A stretch of DNA of 63,358 nucleotides, counting the filler, from Thermodesulfobacteriota bacterium (GTDB lineage: Bacteria; DASVDK01): assembly GCA_036381125.1 (NCBI GenBank). It is 7 parts of 7 records of this genome, joined end to end, with 100 filler letters (N's around TTAATTAATTAA, not from the genome) between each part and the next. Parts side by side here need not be neighbours in the genome. Positions count along the whole stretch, not along the records: positions 1 to 3,916 come from DASVDK010000031.1; positions 4,017 to 13,819 come from DASVDK010000032.1; 5 more parts are not named here. One strand, 5' to 3'. Below are positions 1-8,711 of this stretch, in pieces (the first letter of the stretch is position 1; every line of letters starts with the position of its first letter). The notes under the pieces are model-generated. The model was not told where the DNA came from. It searched no databases and was given only the letters and a program-made list of their open reading frames with translations. Made by a program: the position numbers and the translations under genes.

Positions 1-1217
1 ACCGTCCCGCCGGTGCCGTCCACGTCGCCGAACTCGAAGAGCCCTTGGCCGACCAGCGTGCGGACGGGACCGGCACCGTCGAGGTCGACGGCGCGCACGG
101 CCGACGCCTCGCTATCGGCGACGTAGAGGACGCGGCCGTCGGCGGCGAGGCCGGACGGCTGGTTGAAGCCGGCCTGCTCGCGCGGGCCGTCGACGAGCCG
201 CTCGTGGCCCGTGCCGGCGAAGTGGTCGAGGCGGTCGGTCCCGTCGAGGGCGAGCCGCCAGATCTGGTGGCACCCGGCCATCGCAAGGTAGAGCCAGCCG
301 CCCGCGGCCAGGCAGTCCCAGGGGGAGTTGAGCGCGGTCTGCCGCGCAGGGCCGGACGGCCGCACCGGACCGATCTGCTGCCGGCCGGTGCCGGCCAGGG
401 TCTCCACGACGCGGCTGCCGAGGTGCAGGCGGCGGACCGCGTGGTTGCCGGTCTCGACCACGTAGAGGTGCGGGCCGACCAGGGCGAGCCCCTGCGGCTC
501 GCGGAAGCGGGCCCGCTCGAAGGGACCGTCCTCGAATCCCGGCTCGTCGGCGCGTCCGGCCTCGTCGAGGAGTGTGCCCGACTGGTCCGCCACGACGATC
601 CGGTGGCGCCCGGTGTCGCTCACGAAGAGCCGATTGCCGCCCGGCTCGGCGAGGAGCTTGCCGGGGAAGCGCAGGGCGGTCCGGGGCAGCGCCGTCCCAC
701 CCGACCGGGGGGTGATCGTGAGCGAGAACGGCTTCGGGCCGGCCGCGAGCCGCCCGGCCGCCCGCGCCTCGTCGGCGAGCCGGCCGATGTACTGTCGCAG
801 CAGCGGCCCGTGGCCCTCGCCGCTCACGCCGCCCACGACGTAGCCCTGCGGGTCGACGAGGACGAGGGTCGGCCAGGCCCGCACCCCGTAGCGCTGCCAG
901 ATCTCGAAGTCGGCGTCGTTGACGACCGGGTGGGTGACGCCGTGACGAGCGACCGCTTCGACGAGGCTCGACGACTCGCGCTCGTTGGGGAACTTCGCCG
1001 AGTGGACGCCCACGACCACCAGCGCGTCGCCGAACTCGGCCTCGAGCGCCTCCAGCTCCGGGAGGACGTGCAGGCAGTTGATTCAGCCGGACGTCCAGAA
1101 GTCCAGGAGCACCACCCGGCCGCGCAGCGCCGCCATCGTGAGCGGCCGGTCGACGTTCACCCACTCGCGCCCGGCAGGGAACTCCGGGGCCCGCACGCGC
1201 GGCTCCGGCAGGGACAT
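1..1217 (-). CDS. Thioredoxin-like + NHL-repeat protein (NHLRC2/SOQ1-like), probable selenoprotein; 3' end runs off window
   Basis: Manual translation from ATG 1217 (RBS GAGGAGG): MSLPEPRVRAPEFP...VVLLDFWTSG-UGA-INCLHVLPEL...VVGVHSAKFPNER...WPTLVLVDPQG...LRFPGK...SDTGRHRI...GLFEFGDVDG. In-frame TGA at codon 45 (1083-1085). Absent from the ORF track. Confidence 0.9.
1045..1067 (-). promoter_or_regulatory. Candidate bacterial SECIS hairpin
   Basis: mRNA after UGA reads AUCAACUGCCUGCA-CGUCCUCC-CGGAGCU-GGAGGCG; CCUCC/GGAGG stem with a G-rich loop starting ~22 nt after UGA. Coordinates approximate. Confidence 0.6.
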
Positions 1218-1278
1218 CGGTGCCTCCTCGCGCTCCGTTCCCTCCCTCCAGGGCATCCTAGCTCGCGCACGGGTCGGC

Positions 1279-1374
1279 GGGGTCAGGCCTTTCCATTTTC
1301 CATGGGGTCAGGTCTTTCCATTTTCCAGTCCGGAGAAAGTAGAGACCTGACCCCGTTGGTCGAGACCTGACCCC
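1279..1374. repeat. Nested REP/REPIN-like palindromic element (GGGGTCAGGTCT ... AGACCTGACCCC)
   Basis: Two GGGGTCAGG(T/C)CTTTCCATTTTCCA left arms (1279, 1304) and two AGACCTGACCCC right arms (1343, 1363); related copies at 19847 and 61151. Confidence 0.85.
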
Positions 1375-1475
1375 GAGGCGTGACGAGGATCGCCTTGACG
1401 GTCGGGCGAGCGATCGCTACGTTTCCGGACGACCGCGGCGCGGGAGCGCGCCGCGTCCTACCGGGAGGATCACGC

Positions 1476-2177
1476 GTGCCCGACCGTTCCCTGCAGCAGC
1501 GCAGAGGCGCCCGGCTCGCGGTCGCGCTCGCCGCAGCGGCCGCCCTCCTCGCCGCGCCGCAACCCGCCGCGGCCGGCTTCATCGGGGACCCCACGTTCAC
1601 CAACGGCGCCGGCCGGGTCAGCATTACCGGCGAATTGGACTTCGTCACCGACAGGGACCTCGACTTCGACCCGGGCCACGGCGACCTCGAGACGATGCGC
1701 GTCTTCGCCAACGCCGGCTACGGCTTCGGCTCGAACGTGGACGGCTTCGTGAAGCTCGGCCTCTTCAACGGCGAGTTCGATCCGGGCGGCAACGACATCG
1801 ACACCAGCCTCGCCGTCGGCTTCGGCGTGAAGGGCGCGTTCGTCGACCGGGGCGAGATCCGCCTCGGCGCCCTGGGCCAGGTCCTTTACTCCCAGTCGGA
1901 GCTCGAGAACAGCGGCGCCGACGTCGACTGGTTCGAGATCGACCTCGCCCTGGCGGCGAGCTTCCGCGGCCTGGGCCAGATCGTGCCCTACGCCGGCGTC
2001 AAGGTAAGCCTGGTGGACGGCGAGATCGACGCCCCCGGCGGCGACTTCGAGCAGGACGACGCGCTCGGCCTCTTCGGCGGGCTCACGTTCGCCGTGTCGC
2101 CGCAGGTGGCCCTCGGCGCGGAGCTGCGCGTCCTCGACGAGACGGCGCTCGGCGGCTTCGTCCGGCTCCTCTTCTGA
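1476..2177 (+). CDS. Outer-membrane beta-barrel protein, paralog 1
   Basis: GTG after GGAGG; signal peptide ending AAA, alternating hydrophobic beta strands, C-terminal Phe (GGFVRLLF); clearly homologous to 2346-3053. Confidence 0.75.
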   Translation: MPDRSLQQRRGARLAVALAAAAALLAAPQPAAAGFIGDPTFTNGAGRVSITGELDFVTDRDLDFDPGHGDLETMRVFANAGYGFGSNVDGFVKLGLFNGEFDPGGNDIDTSLAVGFGVKGAFVDRGEIRLGALGQVLYSQSELENSGADVDWFEIDLALAASFRGLGQIVPYAGVKVSLVDGEIDAPGGDFEQDDALGLFGGLTFAVSPQVALGAELRVLDETALGGFVRLLF

Positions 2178-2345
2178 CGACCCGCGACGACCAGCGGGTC
2201 CCGGAAGAAGCAAAGGAAGCGCCAGGTCATCGGGTCGTTCCCCACGGCAGGATCGACTCTTGCTAGGCTGGCGGTTGGTTCACGCGGCGCGTCATCCCGG
2301 CGCGCGCGTTTCCCACCCGCTGCCTCGTGACCTGAGGAGGTACAG

Positions 2346-3053
2346 ATGAGGCACAGCGTACGCGTTCTCTCCCGCCTGTCCGCGGTCCTCCTGGCGTCGT
2401 GCCTGGCGGTCCCGGCAGGCCTCACGCCGACTACGCCCGCGGAGGCGAGTCTCATCGGCGACCCGACGCTCACGACCGGGGCCGGTCGCTTCGCCGTCGG
2501 CGGCGAGATCGACATCGTCTTCGACCGCGACATCGACTTCGATCGGGGCGACGGCGACCTCAACACGAACCGGTTCCTGGCGACAGGCTCCTACGGCTTC
2601 CTCCAGAACTGGGACGGCTTCGTGAAGCTGGGTCTCTTCAACGGCGAGCTCGACCCGGGCGGCGCCGACATCGATCCCGGCTTCGCCATCGGCGTCGGCG
2701 CCAGGGGGAGCTTCGTCGACCGGGGCGACTTCCGGTTCGGCGCCCTCGCGCAGTTCCTCTACTTCACGTCGGACGTCGACACGGCGGGCAGCCCCGACAT
2801 CGACTGGTTCGAGATCGACCTCGCCCCGGCCGTGAGCTACCGGGGTCTCGGCCAGATCGTCCCCTACGGCGGCCTCAAGCTGAGCTTCGTGGACGGCGAG
2901 GTGGACAGCCCCGGCGGCGACTTCGACGCGGACGACATCATCGGCATCTTCGGCGGCGCGTCGTTCGCGGTGACGCCGCAGTTCAACCTGGGCGCCGAGC
3001 TCCGCCTCCTCGACGAGACCGCCCTCGGGTTCTACGCCCGGTACGCCTTCTAG
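2346..3053 (+). CDS. Outer-membrane beta-barrel protein, paralog 2
   Basis: RBS GAGGAGG; signal peptide ending AEA; C-terminal FYARYAF (BAM beta-signal-like). Confidence 0.8.
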   Translation: MRHSVRVLSRLSAVLLASCLAVPAGLTPTTPAEASLIGDPTLTTGAGRFAVGGEIDIVFDRDIDFDRGDGDLNTNRFLATGSYGFLQNWDGFVKLGLFNGELDPGGADIDPGFAIGVGARGSFVDRGDFRFGALAQFLYFTSDVDTAGSPDIDWFEIDLAPAVSYRGLGQIVPYGGLKLSFVDGEVDSPGGDFDADDIIGIFGGASFAVTPQFNLGAELRLLDETALGFYARYAF

Positions 3054-3137
3054 ACGCCGGCCGCCCCACTTGCGCGGCGGGCGGCGGGGTGCGAGCCTCT
3101 TCTCGGGGACGGCGACGTCCCCGGGAGGAGGCCGGCC

Positions 3138-3794
3138 GTGGCCTACGTTTTCGACCTCTACGGGACGCTCCTCGACGTGCGCTCCCTCACGGGGCTCGTG
3201 GCGGCCGCGCTCGGCCCCGGCGCCGACGCGGGCCGCCTCCTCGACCTCTGGCGCCGCACCCAGCTCGAGTACGCCTGGCAACGGGCGCTCATGGGCCGCT
3301 ACGCCGACTTCGAGGCGATCACCGCCGACGCCCTGGACCATGCCGCCGAGGCCGAAGGGGTGGCACTCGACGCGGGGGCGCGGGCGGCCCTGCTCGGCGC
3401 CTGGGACCGGCTCACCCCCTACCCGGAGGTGGCCGGGGTGCTCGACCGCCTGGCGCCCGCGCCCCGGGTAGTGCTCTCGAACGGCAGCCCCGCCATGCTG
3501 GCGCGCGCGGTCGAGGGGAGCGGGCTTTCACCCCGCCTGACCGCCGTGCTGTCGGTCGACGCCGTCCGGACCTACAAGCCCGATCCCGCCGTGTACCGGC
3601 TCGCATGCGAGGCGCTCGGCCTTCCGCCCGGGGCCATCACGTTCGTCTCGTCGAACGCATGGGATGCCGCCGGCGCGCGGGCCTTCGGCCTGCGCACCGT
3701 GTGGGTCAACCGCACCGGCGCGCCGCGCGCGCGCCTCGGGGTCGCACCCGACGTCGAGGCGCGGGACCTCGGAGCCCTGATCGAGGAGAGGTGA
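3138..3794 (+). CDS. Haloacid dehalogenase type II (HAD family)
   Basis: FDLYGTLLD, WRRTQLEY, LSNG, YKPDPAVY, FVSSNAWD motifs. Confidence 0.9.
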   Translation: MAYVFDLYGTLLDVRSLTGLVAAALGPGADAGRLLDLWRRTQLEYAWQRALMGRYADFEAITADALDHAAEAEGVALDAGARAALLGAWDRLTPYPEVAGVLDRLAPAPRVVLSNGSPAMLARAVEGSGLSPRLTAVLSVDAVRTYKPDPAVYRLACEALGLPPGAITFVSSNAWDAAGARAFGLRTVWVNRTGAPRARLGVAPDVEARDLGALIEER

Positions 3795-3801
3795 CGACGC
3801 C

Positions 3802-3916
3802 ATGTCCGACACGCGACTGTCCACCCGGCTGCGCCAGGCGGCCGAGCCGATCTGGGCGGCCCAGCACGCCCACCCGTTCGTCCGCGGGATCGGCGACGGG
3901 ACGTTGCCGATCGACC
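3802..3916 (+). CDS. tenA: Thiaminase II TenA, N-terminal fragment (contig end)
   Basis: MSDTRLSTRLRQAAEPIWAAQHAHPFVRGIGDGTLPID; the HPFV..I.DGTL motif is typical of TenA. Confidence 0.8.
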
Positions 3917-4016
3917 NNNNNNNNNNNNNNNNNNNNNNNNNNNNNNNNNNNNNNNNNNNNTTAATTAATTAANNNNNNNNNNNNNNNNNNNNNNNNNNNN
4001 NNNNNNNNNNNNNNNN
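3917..4016. other. Assembly gap / artificial contig linker
   Basis: N-run + TTAATTAATTAA + N-run; same linker at 13820-13919, 19892-19991, 23604-23703, 53499-53598, 60644-60743. Confidence 0.98.
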
Positions 4017-5088
4017 GCAGCCCGTCTGGCGTGCAGGGCCTGAGTCCGACCCACGGCTCGGCCGCGAGCGGCGCGCCGGGGTCGCGCAGGTAGGTCCGGG
4101 CGGCGCGCCGGATCGCGTCGACCCGGCGAGCGGAGATGGACAGGTCGATCCCGGCCAGCTCGAGCGTCCCCGCGTAGCGCAGCCGGTCGCCCATCGGCGT
4201 GACGGCGACCCTCGCCTCGGCCAGCATGAGCGGTCTCGACGGCCCGCCCGGCGGCATGGGGCCGGTGAGGCTGTACCCCTTGGCCGCCTCCACCGGGACG
4301 CGCACGCCGAGGTCGCGCTCGAAGGCGGGCGCCCAGGCTCCGGTCGCCACGACGGCGGCGTCGCACGGCACGTCCCCCTCGGCGGTGCGGACGGCGGTCA
4401 CGCGGCGCCCGTTGCGGCGCAGCCCGATCGCCGCGACGCCGGTCCGGACCCGGACGCCGTGCGACCCGGCGGCGAGCCGGGCGAGGCCGGTCACGAAGCG
4501 ATCGGGGACGATCTGCGCGTCGGCGGCCACGTGGAGGCTTCCCGCGACGCCCGGCGCGAGCGCCGGCTCGAACGCCATCGTCTCCTCCGCCCCGAGCACG
4601 CGCGCCTCGATGCCGGCCTCGCCGAGCCGGGCCGCCTCGCGCCTCCCCTCCTCGAGGCCGCTCGCCGTCCGGTAGACCTCGAGGATCCCCCGCTCCTCGA
4701 ACCCGAAGTCGAGCCCGGGGGTCAGGGCGAGCTCCCGGTAGAGGTCGAGGCTCGCCACGTGGAGCGCCTTGAGGATCGGCGCGGCGCGCCGCACGTGCGC
4801 CTCGGTGCACGACGCCGCGAAGGCGAGGAGCCACCGCGCGAGCGCAAGGCTCGCCCTCGGCCGCACGTAGAAGGGGCTCTCCGGGTCGAGCATCCACCTG
4901 AGCCCCCGCGAGAGCGCGCCGGGAGCGGCGAGCGGCACGCTGTGGCTCGGCACCAGGAGCCCGGCGTTGCCCGCGGAGGCGCCCGACGCGACTTCCGCCC
5001 GCTCGAGGAGCGTGACCGGCAGACCTCGCTTCGCGAGATAGTAGGCCGATGCCACGCCGACGACCCCGCCGCCGACCACCACGACCAT
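4017..5088 (-). CDS. FAD-dependent D-amino acid dehydrogenase (DadA-like), 3'-truncated
   Basis: VVVVGGGVVG Rossmann motif, GASAGNAG, AKGYS, WVGLRPCTPDG. Confidence 0.9.
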
Positions 5089-5155
5089 GGTTCCCTCCCC
5101 TGCGGACGCGCGCGACCCTTGCTTGACCCGTCAAGGATGTTCTATTCTGCCCGAC

Positions 5156-6175
5156 ATGGGACTCAAGGACACGCCGCAGTACTACCACGAAGTTCTGAAA
5201 CGCATTCCCCCTCGCGCCGTGCCGGCCTTCGAGGAGCCGGAGATGCAGGAGCGGGTCTGGGGCCGCCGCTGGGGCGTCTACGACGACGTCGGGCCGCTCA
5301 AGGTCTGCGCCGTGCACCGGCCGGGCGACGAGATCCGGGTCATGACGCAGGACAAGTACGACCCGACGATCGAGGCCCTGATCGACGACGACGCGCAGTG
5401 GTATTTCCGATCCGACCGCGCGCCCGACCTCGAGAAGATGCAGGCCGAGCACGACCAGATGACCCGCGTGCTGCGCGAGGAGGGGGTCGAGGTCGTCGAG
5501 ATCGGCGGGTCGCCGACCGACCCGAAGGCGATGTACACGCGGGACAACGCCGTGGCGGTCCAGGGCGGCGCCATCATCGGCCGCATGGGGCCGGTCGGCC
5601 GCGACTTCGGCTGCGGGCGGCGCGGCGAGGAGGCCTACGCGGCGCGCGCGATCGCCGCGCTCGGCATGCCGATCCTCCGCACCATCCACGGCACCGGGCT
5701 CTTCGAGGGCGGCAGCTTCTGCTTCCTCGACGAGCGCAACGCCGCCATCGGCCTCTCGTTCCGCCAGAACGAGGAGGCGGCCCGCCAGATCGAGGAGGTG
5801 CTGGCGGTGCAGGGGGTGAAGCTCCACCGGGTGCCGCTCACCGGCCACAGCCTCCACATCGACAGCTCCATCGTCATGGTGGCCAGGGACCTCGCCCTCG
5901 TGAACGTGTCGCGGCTCCCCTACTGGTTCCTCGACACGTTGAAGGACCTCAAGATCCACACGGTGGAGGCCCACTGGGCCGACAACCCGCGCGTCGTCAA
6001 CTGCCTCGCCGTGCGTCCGGGGCGCGTACTGCTCGCCATGAACAACGGCGACGCGACCGCCGAACGGCTCGTCAAGCACGGCGTCCAGGTGATCCCCATC
6101 GACTACGCCGAATGTCAGATGAACGGCGGCGGGATCCATTGCTCCACGCTGCCGCTCCTGCGCGAACGCGCCTGA
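5156..6175 (+). CDS. Amidinotransferase / DDAH / arginine deiminase-like (pentein) enzyme
   Basis: VHRPGDE, YTRD, FEGG, HID, GGGIHCSTLPL (catalytic Cys). Confidence 0.88.
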   Translation: MGLKDTPQYYHEVLKRIPPRAVPAFEEPEMQERVWGRRWGVYDDVGPLKVCAVHRPGDEIRVMTQDKYDPTIEALIDDDAQWYFRSDRAPDLEKMQAEHDQMTRVLREEGVEVVEIGGSPTDPKAMYTRDNAVAVQGGAIIGRMGPVGRDFGCGRRGEEAYAARAIAALGMPILRTIHGTGLFEGGSFCFLDERNAAIGLSFRQNEEAARQIEEVLAVQGVKLHRVPLTGHSLHIDSSIVMVARDLALVNVSRLPYWFLDTLKDLKIHTVEAHWADNPRVVNCLAVRPGRVLLAMNNGDATAERLVKHGVQVIPIDYAECQMNGGGIHCSTLPLLRERA

Positions 6176-6192
6176 ACCCGGGAGGAAGGACC

Positions 6193-7770
6193 ATGCTGTC
6201 TCGCGTCGCGACGTTCACCGCCGCGCTGCTGCTGGCCGTCGCCAGCGCGTCCCACGCGGCCACGCCGCCCGACACGCTCGTCATCGGGTACAACCGGGCG
6301 ACCAACAACCTGCTGCCCGGCCAGAACCCGGGGCTGCCCAACATCTGGGCCAACATGCTGATCTACGACTGCCTCGTCATCCACGACGGGCAGGGCAAGA
6401 TCCACCCGGGTCTCGCGGAGCGGTGGGAGCTGGCGAAGGACGGCGTCACCTGGACCTTCCACCTCCGCAAGGACGTGACCTTCCACTCGGGGCGCAAGTT
6501 CACGGCGAAGGACGTGAAGGCCCACTTCGACATGTGGAAGACGCTCCCCACGGGGAGCAAGATCGCGGCGCTCGACCGGACGGAGATCGTCGACGACTAC
6601 ACGGTCCGCTTCGTCCTCAAGTACCCCACGCTCGTCTTCCTGAACATGATCAGCCAGACGGAGTGGTCGTACTGCGGCATCCCCGACTCCGAGCAGGTGG
6701 CCAGGTACGGCAAGGACTACGGCGTGGTGCCGGAGTCGGTCTCCGGGACCGGCCCGTTCAAGCTCGTCCGGTGGATCCGCGAGGACCGGATGGAGTTCGA
6801 GCGCAACCCGGCCTACACGTGGGGCCCGGCGTTCTACAAGAACCGCGGGCCGGCCCACATCGAGAAGATCGTGATCCGCTCGATCGCCGACGCGGCCGCG
6901 CGCACGGCCGCGCTCGAGCGGGGCGAGATCGACATGGACATCAGCCTCTCGGAGTTCGACGCCAAGCGGCTGTCGGCCATGAAGGGGCTCTCGGTCATCG
7001 TCAAGCCGAAGAACACGACCCACAACCTCGGCTTCAACCACGACAAGCCGCTCTGGAAGGACGTGCGCGTCCGCCAGGCCCTGATGTACGCCATCGACCA
7101 GAAGCCGATCGTCGAGGCGGTCTTCGCGGGCTACGCCGAGCCGGCCGTCGGGCTCTTCTCGCCGTCGGTCGAGGGGGCCGCCCCCGACGCCGAGGTGCGC
7201 GCGGTCTTCCCCGGCTACGACCCCGAGAAGGCGAAGGCGCTCCTCGACGAGGCCGGCTGGAAGCCGGGCCCCGACGGCATCCGCGTGAAGGACGGGCAGC
7301 GGCTCGCGTTCACCGTCTACCTCTACAGCGAGCCGCAGGCGAACACGCTCACCGTGATCCAGGAGCAGTGGCGCGCGATCGGCGCCGAGGCGACGATCCG
7401 GCAGATGGAGTACGCCGCCTGGATCGACGCGACGAAGAAGGGCGAGCACGACATCCGCTACGTCGACGGCACGCACAGCACGGCCGACATCGCCTACTGG
7501 TACACCTGCGCGGCCCGCCCGCACCCGAACAACATCTTCTGGTGCGACCCGACGACGGAGAAGCTCTACGAGATCACGCAGAAGACCACCGACCCGGCCG
7601 CGCGGGTCAAGGCCTTCCAGGACCTCGAACTCGACCTCATCAAGCGAGCGGTCCTGATCCCGATGCCCCACACCGCCTGGGTCGTGGGCGTCTGGGACAG
7701 CGTGAAGGACCTCGAGCTGCACCCGATCCACGGGTACTACAAGCTCCTGGACGCGAGGAAGGTGCGCTGA
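6193..7770 (+). CDS. Opp/Dpp-family ABC substrate-binding protein
   Basis: RBS GGAGGAAGGA, signal peptide, PGLAERWE, TFHLRKDVTFHSG, GTGPFKL, DVRVRQAL, YDPEKAKALLDEAGW. Confidence 0.93.
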   Translation: MLSRVATFTAALLLAVASASHAATPPDTLVIGYNRATNNLLPGQNPGLPNIWANMLIYDCLVIHDGQGKIHPGLAERWELAKDGVTWTFHLRKDVTFHSGRKFTAKDVKAHFDMWKTLPTGSKIAALDRTEIVDDYTVRFVLKYPTLVFLNMISQTEWSYCGIPDSEQVARYGKDYGVVPESVSGTGPFKLVRWIREDRMEFERNPAYTWGPAFYKNRGPAHIEKIVIRSIADAAARTAALERGEIDMDISLSEFDAKRLSAMKGLSVIVKPKNTTHNLGFNHDKPLWKDVRVRQALMYAIDQKPIVEAVFAGYAEPAVGLFSPSVEGAAPDAEVRAVFPGYDPEKAKALLDEAGWKPGPDGIRVKDGQRLAFTVYLYSEPQANTLTVIQEQWRAIGAEATIRQMEYAAWIDATKKGEHDIRYVDGTHSTADIAYWYTCAARPHPNNIFWCDPTTEKLYEITQKTTDPAARVKAFQDLELDLIKRAVLIPMPHTAWVVGVWDSVKDLELHPIHGYYKLLDARKVR

Positions 7771-8711
7771 TCCCGTACGTCCTGCGGCGGCTCGCCGCCG
7801 CGTGCCTCATCCTGGTCGGGGTCTCCCTGCTGGTGTTCGTCGCCGTGCGGCTCATCCCGGGAGACCCCGCCGCCGTCCTGGCCGGCGCCGACACCACATC
7901 CGAGCAGATCGAGCAGATCCGGCGGGATCTGGGCCTCGACCGGCCGATCTGGGTCCAGTACGCCAGGTACGTGCGCCGGGCGCTCGAGGGCGACCTCGGG
8001 CGGTCGATCCACAGCCGGCAGCCGGTCGCCGAGGAGATCCTCGGCCGCTTTCCGGCCACGCTCGAGCTGACCCTGGCGAGCCTCGTCATCGCGTCGATCG
8101 TCGGCATCGGCGTCGGGGTGCTCTCCGCCGTGCGCCAGTACAGCCTCCTCGACCACGTCACGATGGTCGGCGCGCTCGCCGGCATCTCGATGCCGGTCTT
8201 CCTGATCGGCATCCTCCTGGTCTGGTTCTTCTCGCTCTACCTGGGCTGGCTGCCGACCGGCGGGCGGCCCGAGTGCTGGGCCTGCGCCGATCGCGTGATC
8301 CACCTGATCCTCCCCACCCTGACGCTGGCCGGGATCTCGGTCGGCATGATCGCGCGCCTCACGCGCGCCACCATGCTCGAGGTCATCCGCGAGGACTTCA
8401 ACCGGACCGCCCGCGCGAAGGGGCTCGGCGAGTGGTCGGTGATCTGGCGGCACGCCCTCCGCAACGCGCTCATCCCGGTCGTGACCTTCCTCGGGCTCCA
8501 GTTCGGCGTCCTCCTCGGCGGCGCCGTGGTGACCGAGACGATCTTCTCCTGGCCCGGGATGGGCCGGCTCGTCGTCGACGCGATCGGCTCGCGCGACTAC
8601 CCGGTCATCCAGGGGACGGTCCTCTTCATGGCGGTCCTGTTCGTCCTCATCAACCTCGCCGTCGACCTCCTCTACGGGGTCCTCGACCCCCGCGTCAGGG
8701 CCGCCCGATGA
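7767..8711 (+). CDS. Opp/Dpp ABC permease (DppB-like), probable CTG start
   Basis: IPYVLRRL..PGDPA, GDLGRS, RFPATLEL, TARAKGL, HALRNA, ETIFSWPGMG, RDYPVIQG. Confidence 0.9.
   Translation: MIPYVLRRLAAACLILVGVSLLVFVAVRLIPGDPAAVLAGADTTSEQIEQIRRDLGLDRPIWVQYARYVRRALEGDLGRSIHSRQPVAEEILGRFPATLELTLASLVIASIVGIGVGVLSAVRQYSLLDHVTMVGALAGISMPVFLIGILLVWFFSLYLGWLPTGGRPECWACADRVIHLILPTLTLAGISVGMIARLTRATMLEVIREDFNRTARAKGLGEWSVIWRHALRNALIPVVTFLGLQFGVLLGGAVVTETIFSWPGMGRLVVDAIGSRDYPVIQGTVLFMAVLFVLINLAVDLLYGVLDPRVRAAR

Noticed and set aside
1083-1085. Genome-wide UGA reassignment (code 4/25) as the explanation of the in-frame TGA
   Set aside because: Many genes here end at TGA at their expected C-termini with ATGA/GTGA overlaps, so UGA is normally stop.
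45-1370. ORF-track calls 45..1370(+) and 112..1164(-)
   Set aside because: Shadow frames of the real UGA-containing Trx-NHL gene; no recognisable motifs.
2250-2270. Sigma-54 motif (GG-N10-GC) upstream of the second barrel gene
   Set aside because: Weak -24 box (AGGATC); equally explained by an extended -10 TGcTAGGCT.
3961-3972. TTAATTAATTAA palindrome repeated six times inside N-runs
   Set aside because: Artificial six-frame stop linker between contigs; not biological.
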